From positions 4,402,001-4,466,000 of the forward strand of contig JBHGNT010000011.1 of NCBI GenBank assembly GCA_043228905.1: a stretch of 64,000 bases of DNA, given 5' to 3'. The position numbers and the translations under genes were made by a program. Below the pieces are notes generated by a model. That model saw nothing but the letters and a program-made list of their open reading frames with translations. It searched no databases and was not told the origin of the DNA. Below are positions 50,501 through 64,000 of the stretch, piece after piece (position 1 is the stretch's first letter; each line of letters starts with the position of its first letter). The stretch is from Azolla caroliniana. Taxonomy: Eukaryota > Plantae > Polypodiophyta.

Positions 50501-53500
50501 GTGTAGCTTCAACAAGTATAGGAAATGAAGATTGTGGTGGGTTGAAGGGTTCAACTCCAAGTGGGCATTCAAACTCTCTTTTACCTTCCAACACAAATCA
50601 ATCTGGGAAGGTTCGCGTTCTGATGTCATCTAATTCTACATTAAGTGGAGGTGCTAATGTAGGCTCTGGCTTGAAGGCAAGCTCTGTAAAGATGAGTGAT
50701 GGGTCACCGTCTTTTCTACTTCATTCAAAGTCATTTTCTTCCAAATCTCAAGTTAACCTTAAGGGTTCAAAAGAAGCTTCTGACATGGTTTATGCACAAG
50801 GATTGGCAATGAAAGAGGGTTTATCAGGGAAACCAAGTGCATCGAATACCACCAGGTTTCCAGTGAAGGCAAATTCATTCAGACTTTCTAAAGCTCATGG
50901 GGAGCTGAAGTCCAAGGCTGAGATGAATCCTGATCCCTCAAAATTTAAGTCAGTAAATTCTGACTTGGGATTGGCTAAAATGGTTGAAAACACACTGGAG
51001 CCAGTATCAATCGGCAAAAGCAAGGCATCTGCAGATGTTGAAATAGGGAGTTCTTCAAAGCTTTCTAAAGCTCACGGGGAACTGAAGCCTAAGCTTGAAA
51101 TGAATACTGATCCATCCAAATTTAAATCATTAAATTCTGAATTGGGACTTGCAAAAACAGTTGAAAGCACGATGGAGCCATGCACAGTTGACAATGTATC
51201 ATGCAAAAGCAAAACGTCTCCAGTTGTGGAAATGTCATCTTCATATTTAGGACATACAAACACTTTTGTGAACAATACTGATAAATCAATTGAACTGGAA
51301 TTTACTCTAGAGCCAGGGCCATTTGGTACTACACCCAGCAAAAAGAACACATTTGTAGCTGAATCGCCGAATTCTGCCAAAATATCTAAATTAGCTGCCG
51401 CTGAACTGAAGTCCAAGAATGAGATGAATGCTGACCCAAAATATAAAGCAGTAAATTCTGATCTGGGATTGTCAAAAACAGTTGATAAAGCACTGGACCC
51501 AGGGTCTGTTGGCAATATAACAGGAAAACGTAAAGCGTCTGCAGTTATTGACATGGTTTCATCATGTATGGAAGGAAATACCAGCAACTTTGTGAGCAAT
51601 GCAGAGAAATTGGGCAAAATGAATTTCATGAACGCCCTTCAAATTAGAAATCCACCTTTGAGAAACGATGTCATGAATGTAGGATGTGGGAAATCTGAAT
51701 CTTTGTCTTCTCAATGTAGTTCGGATCTCCATGATGGACCGAGTGATTTTCAGGAATCCAATGATAAAACGGTTCCTATTCAAGAAAACACACAGAAGAC
51801 TTTTTCTAAACCCAAAATCAAGGTTTCTGAGAACTCAACAATAGATATTTCAAAGGGGGTGCATGTGACATGTGCAGGTAGAAACTTGTTTCGCAAACCA
51901 TTTATTTCTGTTCAGTGTTGAAGGCCTCATATGCAAGCTCTATTGCATCTATTTGTAATAGTATGTGCCCATACCCACAAGTATTAATAACTATTGGTAG
52001 ATACTTAATATATGAATGGATGACTGTATGAATAAATATTATTGTACATCCACGTAAAGTTATATAAGTGTGTGGTTACATATCATGTACTTACATAAAT
52101 GTTTCCGTAAAGTATGTGCAAATGTATATAACATGTCTGCATCAACCCACAATCTATATATTCCTACAGAGTTATAGATTCTTGTCTACTATCATTCTCA
52201 TTTTATGTAATAATTTTGAGCTTTCCTTGTTCAACTGTCATAAGTAGATGTTGGGCGATTGGTGAGTCCAACGCACCATCATGGGAGCTATGTGAAAGAA
52301 TCTTTCGACACAGCCGATGAAAACAAAGTGCTACAAGTTGGCCCTGGGCTGGATTCCAATTCTGTTGACATGGCAGCGGCAATGATAGCGCCACATGATG
52401 AAACCAGCAACTTGTTCACCCCTAGAAGCCGATCTTTTGGAGCATGGGGTTCCCCAAGTTTTGTGCCATCACTTGGGTGCACAAGATGCTACAAATGCAA
52501 GGAATTAGGACATACTGCAAAAAATTGCAATTATGTCTCAAGTATATTCTCATCTGCTGCCAATGGAATATCAAAATCGGTTGTCCCTACATCCAATATG
52601 GGAAGTGCTAGTTTTCCACATGAAATACAAGGTAGTATGGGTGTTAAAACTGGCATTGCACAAAGTTTTGAAGAGAAGAAAGAGGATGAGGGCACCTCAT
52701 TGCAAACTGTGAACCCGACAATTATGAACCCCTCTGATTTGAACGTTTCCAATTGTTCACTGCAAATTGTTAACCCCAGCAATTCAGGTGTCCTTGGTAC
52801 TACATCGATGGCCCACTTACAAACAGAGTTCTTCTCAAAGGCAATTTCTGATGCATGTGCAAACATCAATGTAGCCTATTTTCCAGCTGCGTTCAACATT
52901 GGTGCAAAGGGTACAGAATCTTATGCTTCACGGTATCAAGAATCTCTGAAGGTTTATCCAGAAGCTCAGATAGTGTGGCAGTAAGTCTTTCAAAACTAGT
53001 ATTTCCTTTTGGTGTATTTTATAAGTACATCTTACCATTGCATGATTTAATTTATATTCGTTTGCTTCAAAAGCCATGAATGACCTTGCACCCATGTTAT
53101 ATTCATCCCTTGTAGTCTGGTGCAGAAGGATGCAAATTGATGTATCTAGAATTTAGATGAACATTCATGGTGTTATTTTTCTAAAGTAATCTGCATTTAT
53201 TATATTGAAATTGCTAATATATGTATGTTCTGCTTTGAAAAAGAAAGAAAGAAAGAACGAAAAAGAAAAAAAGAAAGATATATTAATATCTTTTTAAGAA
53301 GCCAAAATGGTCTATAAAAGATCAAACCCGAGATTACGTATTAAAATGTTGGCTCCTCTTTAAGAACAAGCCAAAACAAATGTAACTAAGTAAAACAAAA
53401 AATAAAATAAAATGGGTCTAAGGAATCTTGTTATCTATATAAGTAAGATTTTCAAGTTAGGTAGATCAAAATTTTTGTCTTTGAAAGATCTCTAGCATAG

Positions 53501-56500
53501 GATAGATATATGTCCATATAAGAGGGCTTGATTATGAATCCATCCTCTGACATGCGTAAAAAGTGTGCCTTATAGTGGGCCTTCATACTAAGATATGTTG
53601 TAGGGCTGATTCTTATTTTTCTGTTGTCCAATGTGATCACTTTATGCTTTTCTCCTTTGGTAATGTTTAGATAGGGACAATCCAATTATATTCAAACAGG
53701 GATAGTGCATTTATGGTTATGCCATGCGACTCAAACCATTGTTGCATTTTAGCATACCAATGATTATCTCCATGTTCGGCAAGTTGTTTATATGACATAT
53801 GTGCTTTGCCCGGATTATATCATGGAGGACCAATGCTTTGCTCCTTACCGTGCGGACAATCATTGAGACTAAAGGTTTCTCTAAATCTTTCCAGTTATTT
53901 CCCTTGTTAAGACTGGTCCTCAAGTTTCCACTCCCGAGAAAGAAAGAAAGAAACCTATATTAACATCTTTTAAGAGACCAAAATGGCCAATAAGAGATTA
54001 TATTTTGCATCATCTTTGGGAAAAATAAACCAAAATAAATACGACTAAACATATGGTACTTAGGAATCTAAATATCTAAGAAAGAAAAAGAAAGAAAGAG
54101 ATCTTAATGTCTTTTAAGAGGCCAAAAGGGTCTATGAGACTGTAGTACGTCTTAAAATGTTTTCTCATCTTTATGAACTACAAACGTCCCACAAAATTGG
54201 AACGGATTGAATAGATATTGATAAGTTTCAAGCAACATATTATAGATAAGGAAATCCTTGAATGGAGAGGACTCAGTATTTCTAGTATACAAAAGAGAGG
54301 ATTTACATGTTAAATACTTGCATTTGTTTTCAATGCTTGCTCACTTGATGTGAGGTTGTGACATTGGAAGTTCCGTCTTGGTCGCATTCCATTTTCCTTG
54401 GCTGAGATAAGAGTGAGGTGTTGTTCTTAGGCGAACACACATACATACCCTAGAACACGGTGATAGTTGTACTTGAGACCAGCCAGTGAGTAGCGTCTCA
54501 ACTATCATTAGGTGCTTAGATTTGCAATCGACTAAGCTTACTTACTACCCAATGGCCTCGGAAATGTCCAAGGTTTCGAGTACCTCACGTGGTGGTTCCT
54601 TTAATTCCCATAGAAATCCTTCTATGAGTGGAAAAGATCACCTTGAGATCCGTAAATTTGACGGATCCAACTTCGCCTTGTGGAAGAATCAGGTGAGAGA
54701 TGTTCTGATTCAAAGAAGGCAAGTAAGACCATTAGGTGGTGAAACCAAAAGACCTGAGGGCATGACCAATCACGATTGGGAAGAGTTCGATCTCTTGGCA
54801 ATGTCTACCATAAGATTACACCTAGCTGACAACGTGTACGTCACGGTCTTGGACTGTGACTCAGCCGAATAGTTATGGACTAAACTATGTAGTACATACG
54901 AAAAAGAAACCTCATCAAACAAAGTTTATCTAATGAGAAAAATTTATGATCTTCGAATGAAGGACAACGATAGTGTCGCTTCTCATTTGAATGATTTTGA
55001 TGCACTATGGTCACAATTACAGGCTTAGAAAATGATTATGGACAATGAGCTAAAATGTGTATTTCTGTTATGCACTTTGCCTAGCTCATGGGACACTTTG
55101 TGCACCGCTATTAGTGCTAGTGCACCGAATGGGAAATTAGTCTATAATGACATATGTGGAGCACTATGGGGTGAAGAAATTCGTAGGAAATCTGTGATTG
55201 CATCACATAATGGAGATGCATATAATGTTTATGACGTTGGTTCTCGCAAGAACCAACACCGTGGTAGGAGCCAAACAAGAAATAGTAGTGGAAATGATAG
55301 AGGTAGAAGCAAATCTAGGAAGAAAAATATGGAGTGTCATTATTGCCATAAAAGGGGACATCTTAAGAAAGATTGTTATGCCCTAAAAAATAAGGAGAAA
55401 GATAATGCAAAATTTAGAGGTGATGGGCATGGAAGACAATCAAGTGGTCCCTCTTTCCCCGTGGAAATAGAGGAAGTAAATGCAACATGTGATGAGACAG
55501 ACATCTTGGTCTTAGATGATATTAGCACACATGTTGGGGTGAATATGGTTTTCTCTCCATCACATATGTGGTTGTTGGACTCTGGTGCATCATTCCATGT
55601 GACTCCACATAAAGAGTGGTTCACATGTTATGAAGCTAAGTCACTTGGGAAAGTTAGACTTGGAGACTCACATCAGTGTGATGTGATCGGCATTGGAGAT
55701 ATCTCAATGCACTTTAGTGATGGTTCTCATCTTACCATTAAAGATGTACGCCATGTTCCTCAACTAACTCATAGTCTAATGTCTGTTGGTCAGCTTAATG
55801 ACAACGGATATAAGGTGGTATTTGCTTCCCAATCCTCTCGTATAACGAAAGGAAATATGATTGTTGCAAAAGGGAATAAAGTTCGTTCCCTCTACCCTCT
55901 ATTTGGTCATAAAAAAGAACATTTGTTGGCTGTTATAGACCAGCCAATGACGAGCATTTGGCATGGCCGTTTACGCCACATGTCAAGAAATGGCATGGAA
56001 ATTCTATCTCGTTATGGCCACTTACCTAAGTTGTCATTCTCTGATTTCGCCTTATGTGAACATTGCCAACACGGTAAGCAAACCAGAAGTGCACATAAGA
56101 CCAGTGTTAACTCATCCACTAAACCATTGGACCTTGTCCACACGGATGTTTGTGGACCTTTGCCCACAAGATTTTTGGGTGGTGCATTGTAGTTTTTACT
56201 TTCATTGATGATGCCACTAGGAAAGTTTGGACTTATCTGATTAAGGGAAAGGATGATGTATACCCTACTTTCAGAAAATGGCTTAGTTCGGTTGAGTTGG
56301 AAAAGGACATAAAGCTTAAGGCTTTTTGTTCGGACAATGGAGGTGAGTATACCTCTCACGAATTTGGTGACTTTTGTAAGTCTAGAGGCATTCGGAGAGA
56401 GTTTACAGCTCCTTACATTCCTATCCAAAATGGTGTGGCTGAGAGGATGAATAGAACCATCTAGGACAGAGTTGTCTCTATGCTACACCATGCAAACCTC

Positions 56501-59500
56501 TCGCAAGGTTTTTGGGTAGAAGCTGTTTTAACAGTAGTCCTTGTGATTAATCTATCACCGAACACACAGCCATAGGTCTAAAAGTGGCACAAGAGTCGTG
56601 GACAGGCAAGACACCTCATTATGCTCATCTTAGAGTTTTTGGATGTGAAGCATATGTACACATTCCAAAAACTTCAAGAAAGAATATGGACTATAAATGC
56701 AGAAAATGTATATTCCTTTGTTACGGAATTGATGGGCAGTTTGGATATCGCTTATGGGACCCTGACACACGTACTTTGGTCAGAAGTAGTGATGTTGTTT
56801 TTGATGAGAACAAAATGCATAAACAGTCCGTAAAGGAGGTAGAAGTGAGAAAGGTTGCGTTTAAAGATACTATGCCTTCTGTTGATGTAAAACAGAAAAA
56901 TCTTATTGATGTAGATGCTTCTACATGTGGGCAGTCATGAAAAACTGTTATTGGTCAGTATGATGATGCCCAAAATGATGATGCTCAGGACAATGATGTG
57001 CAAAATGATGATTTTCAGCAAGAATATGCTCAGAATGATGATGCTCAGAATGATGTTTCTCATGCACAACCTGATGGTATTCAGTTTCAGGAATCTTTGA
57101 GAAGATCCATGCGTGTCTCCAAAGCACTCAGTAAGTTTGTTGATTATGTAATGCTAACAGATGGTGATGGGCCTTCATGTTACAATGAAGCCATATCTGG
57201 ATCATGCTAAATGGAAACAAGTGATGCAAAATGAGTTGGACAGTATCCATAAGAATGGAACTTGGGAATTAGTGCCTTTGCCAAAAGGTAGGAAAGCACT
57301 ACCGTGTAAATGGGTGTATAAATACAAATACACATCCGATAGTGTTCGTCCCAAGTATAAAGCTCGCATTGTGGCAAAAGGTTTTAAACAAGAACAAGGA
57401 GTCGATTTGGATGAAATCTTCTCTCCGGTAGTCAAGATGACTACGTTACGCATGATGCTTGCATTGGTTGCCAAGAATGATCTTGATTTATTTCAAATGG
57501 ATGTAAAAACTGCTTTTTTGCATGGAGATCTCGATGAAGAGATCTATATGGAGCAACCAAAGGGTTTTGAAGTTTATGGGAAAATGCCTTTGGTATGTAA
57601 ACTTAAGAAAAGTTTATATAGTCTTAAGCAATCGCCGCGAAAAATACGATCCTTTTATGAGATCCCAAAGTTATGCTAGGAGTAATGAAGATTCATGCTT
57701 ATATACGAAGAAATGTATAGATGACTTATATGTGATTTTGATACTCTATGTAGATGACATGCTCATCACTGGTAAAAACAAGGATGAGCTGTCCAAACTA
57801 AAGAAAAATCTGACAAACCTTCGATATGAAAGATTTGGGAAATGCTAAACACATCCTTGGAATGCGTATTACTCAGGATAGGAGTAATGGATGTATTTAT
57901 TTGTCTCAATTTGAGTATGTATGCAAAATACTCAAGAGGTTTAATATGGAGAATGCAAAGCCTTTGAGCACTCCATTATCTATGCATGTTAAACTGAGCA
58001 AAGATGAATGCCCCAAATCTGATCATGAAAAGGAGTTCATGAGTAAAATTCCTTACTAGTCTGCTGTTGGTAGTCTTATGTACGCTATGATAGCGACTAG
58101 GCCAGACATTGCTTTTGCAGTGGGAACTGTGAGCAGCTTTTTGTCAAACCCTGGTAAGAAATATACAGATTCTGATTATGTTGGTTCTGACAGCAGAAAA
58201 TCCACTTCAGGGTACATTTTTCAGTTTATGGGAGGTGCCATATCTTGGAGATCTCGTCTCCAAGAATGTACTGCTCTGTCCATAACAGAATCAGAGTATG
58301 TTGTAGCTAGCGAAGCATGCAAGGAAGCCATATGGCTGTCCAGATTAGCTTGTGACATGGGCATACCTAAACTTGTACCCATACTGTTTTGTGATAGTCA
58401 GAGTGCCATTGCATTGGCTAAAAACCCAATATAACATGCAAAGACCAAGCACATTGGAGTGCGATATCACTTCCTTTGAGAATGCATAGCTGCTGGCTAC
58501 ATCAGTCTTGAGAAAGTTGTCTCTCAAGAAAATGCCGTAGATGCATTGACCAAAGCTCTACCGCATGATGGGCTAGAGCATTGTTGTCACTTGGTGGGAA
58601 TTACTTAGGTGTTCAGGTTACACACATTGTTTTTGTATATTGTGTAACATACTCATCAAGTAGGGCGTGTAGGTCTTGTCCAATCTTCCCATCAGCTTTG
58701 CTGATCCCTTATTTGGCCTTTAGTGGGAGGTTGATAGATAGTGAGAAAGGCCAAAAAGGTAATTCTCACTATTTACCATTAGGTATATACGTTAATAATA
58801 TGAGGGTTTTTTGGTGTGCCCGCCAATTTTTTTTGTCTTCTTTCTTTCGTGCTCTTCTAGGTGTGTGTGCTGCTCTCTTGCTTTCTGTGGAAAAACAGCA
58901 GCTCGTTCGTTCTTGTGGTGTCCCAAAGAAACCAAAGCCAACCTCTCTCATTACTTGTGCCCCAACCCCCCATCTCACATCGCAATGCATGTGAGCTAAG
59001 TCGCATGGAAGCAATGGTTTGAATGGCAGATAACGGAATGGGCTCTAACATGTATAGATGTGTACGGTTTCCCCATTCAACGAAGAATATGGTTTTGTAG
59101 TGAGGTGCAACATGTGTAGTATAATGTGTGAAGCATGAGCCCTCACATTTGTCCTATGTCATGATACATTGGCGTTGCAAAAAGGCCTCATTTACTGAGG
59201 AATCTAGTGATGCATCATGAAACAAGTGTCTTGCATCCCATCTACCAAACCATCTTTCTATATCTTGCATCCAACCGGAACACAAAATTTTGCTTTTATG
59301 CGTCTTTTGGATCTTTTTGCTTGCTTCCCATTCAATTCTAGGAAGTCGATGTGAGGGACTTTTTTGAACCTTAAGCATGTATTCAACAACCCTTTCCATG
59401 GCCATGATCTCAATGGGAAGCGATCCCGTCTCAAGGAGGAGGATGTAGGGCGTTTGTTTCATAACTTGTAGAAACTTTGTAAGAAAATGTTTTTGGACAT

Positions 59501-59528
59501 TTTCAAACTCTTTCCACGTAGATTTAGG

Positions 59529-59569
<41 letters not shown>

Positions 59570-62500
59570 CCAATTTGCAGAGGAACCTTTAATCTTTGTG
59601 GAAAAGGAAAGCCTCAAGCTAGTTTTCATGGGCTTCAAGCAAATTTATCCAATAGAGCGTTGCTCAAAGTGAGAGAAGCTACGAAAAAATTGCACCATTC
59701 CCTGTCATTAGACGAGCTTCCACGTGGCAGTGAATATAATTCATGGCCTATTCAGTTTCAGAAAGCTCCTCCCATCAATGATAATATTGCATTATACTTT
59801 TTTGCTAGTGGTAAAGAAAGGTGAGCTGTTTTGGTAATCAATATCAATTATGTTTAACTTAAATACATATGTTTTTCACATTTTTCACCCTTTTGGTTTA
59901 TCTCCAGTTATGTTCAGTATTACAAACCATTAGTGGATCGATTGATCAAGTTTGACCTAGTCTTGAAGGGTTTACTTGAGGATGCAGAACTGCTCATTTT
60001 TCCTTCTAATTTGTTACCTCCTGGATCTCAATGTAAGTCATTTTTTTATAACAAAACTGAGCAGATATTTGACAAGGTGCTTGAGGCACTCGCAATTTTT
60101 TATTGAATGACTATGCATGTTTAACAGTGATTTATATACGCTAATAATAACAGTAAAACATATTTTAAAGCTTCTTTAGCTCTCATCCATATGCATGATG
60201 TCATGTATGCGTTTGTACATATGATTAAATACAAGTCTAATAATATTTCCTGCTGATTTTCAAGGCTGGAACAATTTTATGTTCCTGTGGGCTGTTTTTC
60301 GGGATAGGAAAAGTCCGGCAATGCAACCTAGTTCATACCCTGTACTTCCGAATGGTAAGATAATTTAATACAATTCCTAATCTCGTTTATATGAATTTCT
60401 GGCTGTATTCTGTAATGCACTATGAAGGGATACTGTGAACGTAAGAATTCAAAGTCCCTTGGGACATGTGGATGGGGATGGGGATGGAGCTGGGTACAGA
60501 GATGGGTCTTTGGTGGGGAAGGAGGATAGGGGCCTGGAATGGAGGGTAGAATGGAAAAAATCTCTGTATGCAATATATAATATATTTTGTGAGTATATGC
60601 CTATAATATATGTGTAAATATAAAAAATATAAAGGGAGCAAAAAAGAGTCCGAAAGCCAAAAAAAGACGACCAATTTCATTGGTTGACCATCCTTTTCTA
60701 TCCTAGGATGGTGTCCCTGGATGTAAGATGAATGGGGATGAGGTTTTGTTTCCCAAAGGTCTACGACCTCCCTATCTCGTGACTATGCAAGGAGTAGGAA
60801 ATATGTGGCTTAAAGCTCTTTCATACTATCAGTTTAAGTGTTGCTGATCTTGATAAGGGCATACTTCATACTATGTAGCAAGGCCTAAGAAAATATCTTT
60901 TGTAAGCATTGGGATTCATTTTTGGTTCTTTAAGTAGAAACTATCGTGGTTAAATGGATTTGTGATATTATTATTCTGAGTATGAATATCTAATAGAGAA
61001 TTTTGGCAGTGGCTACTCTTCCAACTCTTGATGTCATCTCAACAGCAAAAACCCAACTGTCAAATGCTGCCTTACCCGGCACATTGGGCTGCCTTGGTCT
61101 TGATGGATCTGATGACTTGGTACAAAAATCAACTGCTTCTATTGCACTTGAAGAAAAGGTGGAGTAGTTTTTACTAACTGCATTATGTCTTGAAACAAAT
61201 GAGTATAACATTAATTGGTGACCTCCTCTTTCTCAGGGTGCTAATGGAACCAACAATGAAACTTCGTCTGCTCTTTCAACAGTTGTGTTGCACAAAATAG
61301 AAGATGTGAATGGGGAGAAGTCCTGTCTTGGGGAGGAGCAATCTGGACAGATTCCTCAATTGGCTGGAGCTGAAATCATTCCTTCTATTGTTTCAAAAAA
61401 AGTTGTGCTGTTAAAAACTGAAGATGTCAATCAGAGTCAACCTACACCAGTGTTAATTTCTAGCCCAAGTCTGATGGAGGAACGATCTGGTCAGATTCCT
61501 TTCGAATTAGGTGGACCTGAAACTATTCCCTCCAATGTTGCAAGAAAAGTTATTCTACTAAAAACTGAAGATAGCAATGAGACTAAATCTACACCAGCAT
61601 TGATTTCTTGCGCAAGTCTGAGGGAGGAACAATCTGGGCAGATTCCTCTCAAATTGGCTGGAACTGAAATTATGCCTTCAACTGCTAAAATAAAAATCGA
61701 GTCACTGAATACTGAAGATGGCAATGATGAGAAGCCAAGTGAATCTACATCAGGATTGATTTCTAGTCCAAGTCTTAGAGAGGAGTGGCATGGACAGCTT
61801 CCGCTCAAAGTGGCTCGTCAAAGTTCTCAGTCACCTATAAAACTTCAAGATAAAGGTGTTCGAGAGAGTATCTATGAGAAAAACCGTGATCTTGACAGGA
61901 CAGAATCTGGACGAGACAGAGAAAGAGAGAGAATCAGGGAACGAGAGAAGCATAGAGAGAAGGATAGGGAACAGGAACATTCAAAGCGACATACAGATCG
62001 CGGAAGAGAGAAAGAGAGAGACAGGTATAAGGAGAGGGAGAGAGAGAGGGAAAGAGAGAGAGAGAGAGAAAGAGAAAGAGAAAGAGAGAGAGCAAGAGAA
62101 AGAGAAAGGGAAAGAGAAAGAGAAAGAGAAAGAGACAGAAACAGAGACAGGGACAGGGACAGAGATAGAGATAGAGATAGGGATAGGGATATGGTAAGAG
62201 ACAAAGAAAGAGAGAGAGAGAGGAGGGAGAGAGACGAGAGAGATAGGAGGATTCGAGATTGGGATCGAGACAGAGAGAAAGTGAGGGAGAGAGGGAAAGT
62301 TAGGGAGAGACTAAGAGATAAGGATTCTGAAAGAGAGAGACGGTCAGGGAGGGATCGTTTAAGTAGGCATAGGCATTGGGATAGTGTAGAAACAGATCAT
62401 GGTAGTAGAGGAAGCCGACATTGGCATCGGTATCCTCATTCCCGGTCACGTTCTAGGACTCCAAGCAATCGTGATCGATCACCATCTCACCGATCAGAAA

Positions 62501-63357
62501 GGTATCATGGTAGATATCATCGCTCTTCTCAATACTCCAGATCTTCTTCTCATTCACCTGATTTAGATCATGGATCAGAACGTTTTCAAACCCGGGCGGA
62601 AAGTAGAGAACTAAGCAAGGATAGTTCTGCCCCAGAAGGGAAGTCGCCAGATATTATTTCTGGGATAAGAGATGGTTCAAAGAAGAAAGCAGTCAGTAGA
62701 AAACTCTCGGCTGCAGATGACCAAGGTAACTTCTCTCAGAGGGGGAGCACTAGTGATTATGTATATCCAGCAAATAGGCTTGGCTCAAAGGATGAGAAAC
62801 TGCCTGTTGCGGATCTGAACCTTAGTCCAGAAGTTGAGGATAATGAAGAGAATGATATGGCTACGTACCAAGTAGTGACACCTCTCACCAATTTCACACG
62901 TGGATCTAATGCTGAAACAGGGGAATGTTCTATTAGTGCTGACAGAATAGTCAGTTATCATGGTTCAATCGACTTGATGTCAGTTGACGAGAGAAATGAT
63001 CATCTTTCACAATGCTTAGCACATGATTCAAAAGAGTCATCCATGTATCGGTTAAGTAATCCTCCGGAGCCCTCGTCTTCATGCCTTCAGTTCTTCCCAT
63101 CAGTGCTTGATCCAATTGTTGGAGCTCCTGATCTCAATCTTGGACTAATAACTAGTGTGAAAGTGGACACAACTGCATCCAGGGACCAAATAGAAATGCC
63201 TTTATATATGCAGCTTCTTGGTTCCGAAAGTAGTCAATGTCCACTTTCGGATGTATACAAGGTCTCCTCCGACCATGCTGATTTATCGTTATCGTTGTCC
63301 CTTCCAGAACATTCCAAGAGGCCAAAAGTCAACACATCGCTCCAGTTATTTGGCTGA
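47553..63357 (+). CDS. AIPP2/PAIPP2-like chromatin protein (PHD finger, CCHC zinc knuckle, SPOC-like domain, RE/RD-rich region, EAR-like motifs), ~2230 aa
   Basis: Exons 47553-47621, 47707-47790, 48492-49682, 49875-49957, 50070-51877, 52248-52980, 59581-59820, 59908-60032, 60265-60354, 61010-61158 and 61237-63357. All are GT-AG and in phase (6693 nt). Motifs are VKVCDVCGD...AEHMYC...WQCEVC, CYKCKELGHTAKNC, WQGTF...GLQANLS...SWPIQF...NIALYFFA, LLIFPSN, FLWAVFR and C-terminal VNTSLQLFG. Confidence 0.85.
54552..58950 (+). mobile_element. Degenerate Copia element E inside intron 6 of the AIPP2-like gene
   Basis: Gag KFDGSNFALWK, CHYCHKRGH, WLLDSGAS, integrase, ILYVDD and RNase H. A PPT-like tagtgggagg lies at about 58720. 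No 5' LTR was recognised. Confidence 0.85.
58960..59530 (-). mobile_element. LINE ORF2 3' remnant
   Basis: ORF 59154-59573 (FENVQKHFL...LLETGSLPIE...HRLPR) and IASMRLSSHALRCEMG resemble the C-terminal region of non-LTR RT proteins. Confidence 0.65.
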
Positions 63358-64000
63358 TGTAATAATTGCTGTTGTACAGGGATTAACTAATGCAGACTGG
63401 TACAGAACCTACATATGTTTTATGAGAGCTTGATTTGCTGGTGTTAAGGATGGGTCACAAGTCTGCTATATAATTATGTATTTATGTATATCATCTTTCA
63501 TCCTTGATGAAGAATGTGCTGATTATCACTACTTATCCTGCATTATTGTTTCAAATGCAGTATTTTGAGAAACGGGGATAATCTAACTGATGTTATTGGA
63601 TAATCCTCGATGTAGATGTACCTATTATGTATTTGTTCTTTACTGGACATGTTTCAGTATCTTATTTTGCTTTGATCAATCAAGGATGTAAATATGAATG
63701 AACCTTCATAAGCAAAAATTTGAGTCATGTTGCTCAAATGTTGTCAATCTTCATTTTGCTCTGGAGGTAAGAAAAAAAACCTCTAGTAAATTCCCCGTTT
63801 AATGTATGAATTGTCCAAATTAATGGAAAAGATGTAACTGTTTTCAGAGGAATGTAATGTGTTATCAGAAAGAAGCTTTCATTGTGCTCTGGAATTGTTG
63901 AGATCTTTAATGATGAGCTTGAATGCGAAGAGGGGAGATTTTCTGTAATCAAAGAAGGTATTTCAAAGAATTTGAACAACAGTGTGCATTGTCTTTTAAT

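Noticed and set aside
53700-53765. Extra exon after aaacag in intron 6
   Set aside because: It reaches a stop in frame, and the SPOC domain continues correctly at 59581.

Overview
Land-plant nuclear DNA; the species cannot be determined from the sequence. About 1-45 kb is a nest of LTR retrotransposons: degenerate Gypsy elements, four Copia elements bounded by LTRs and 5-bp TSDs, solo LTRs, and a TRIM with a tRNA-Ala primer site. About 47.5-63.4 kb is an 11-exon host gene resembling AIPP2/PAIPP2 (PHD, CCHC knuckle, SPOC) with a Copia and a LINE remnant in a 6.6-kb intron. The main finding is an 8.9-kb DNA transposon (9667-18547, 36-bp TIRs, TATA target duplication). It has a Sola-like DDD transposase and, divergently, a 6-exon gene for a ~910-aa protein fusing a ParB/Srx-like domain to a bacterial-type beta-class amino (N6-A/N4-C) DNA methyltransferase. 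The first intron of that gene holds seven CpG-rich palindromes of about 43 bp. A second, diverged copy (1-3101) keeps the same introns and differs almost only at synonymous sites, which points to purifying selection on the cargo. Family assignments come from motif recognition by eye, with no database search.
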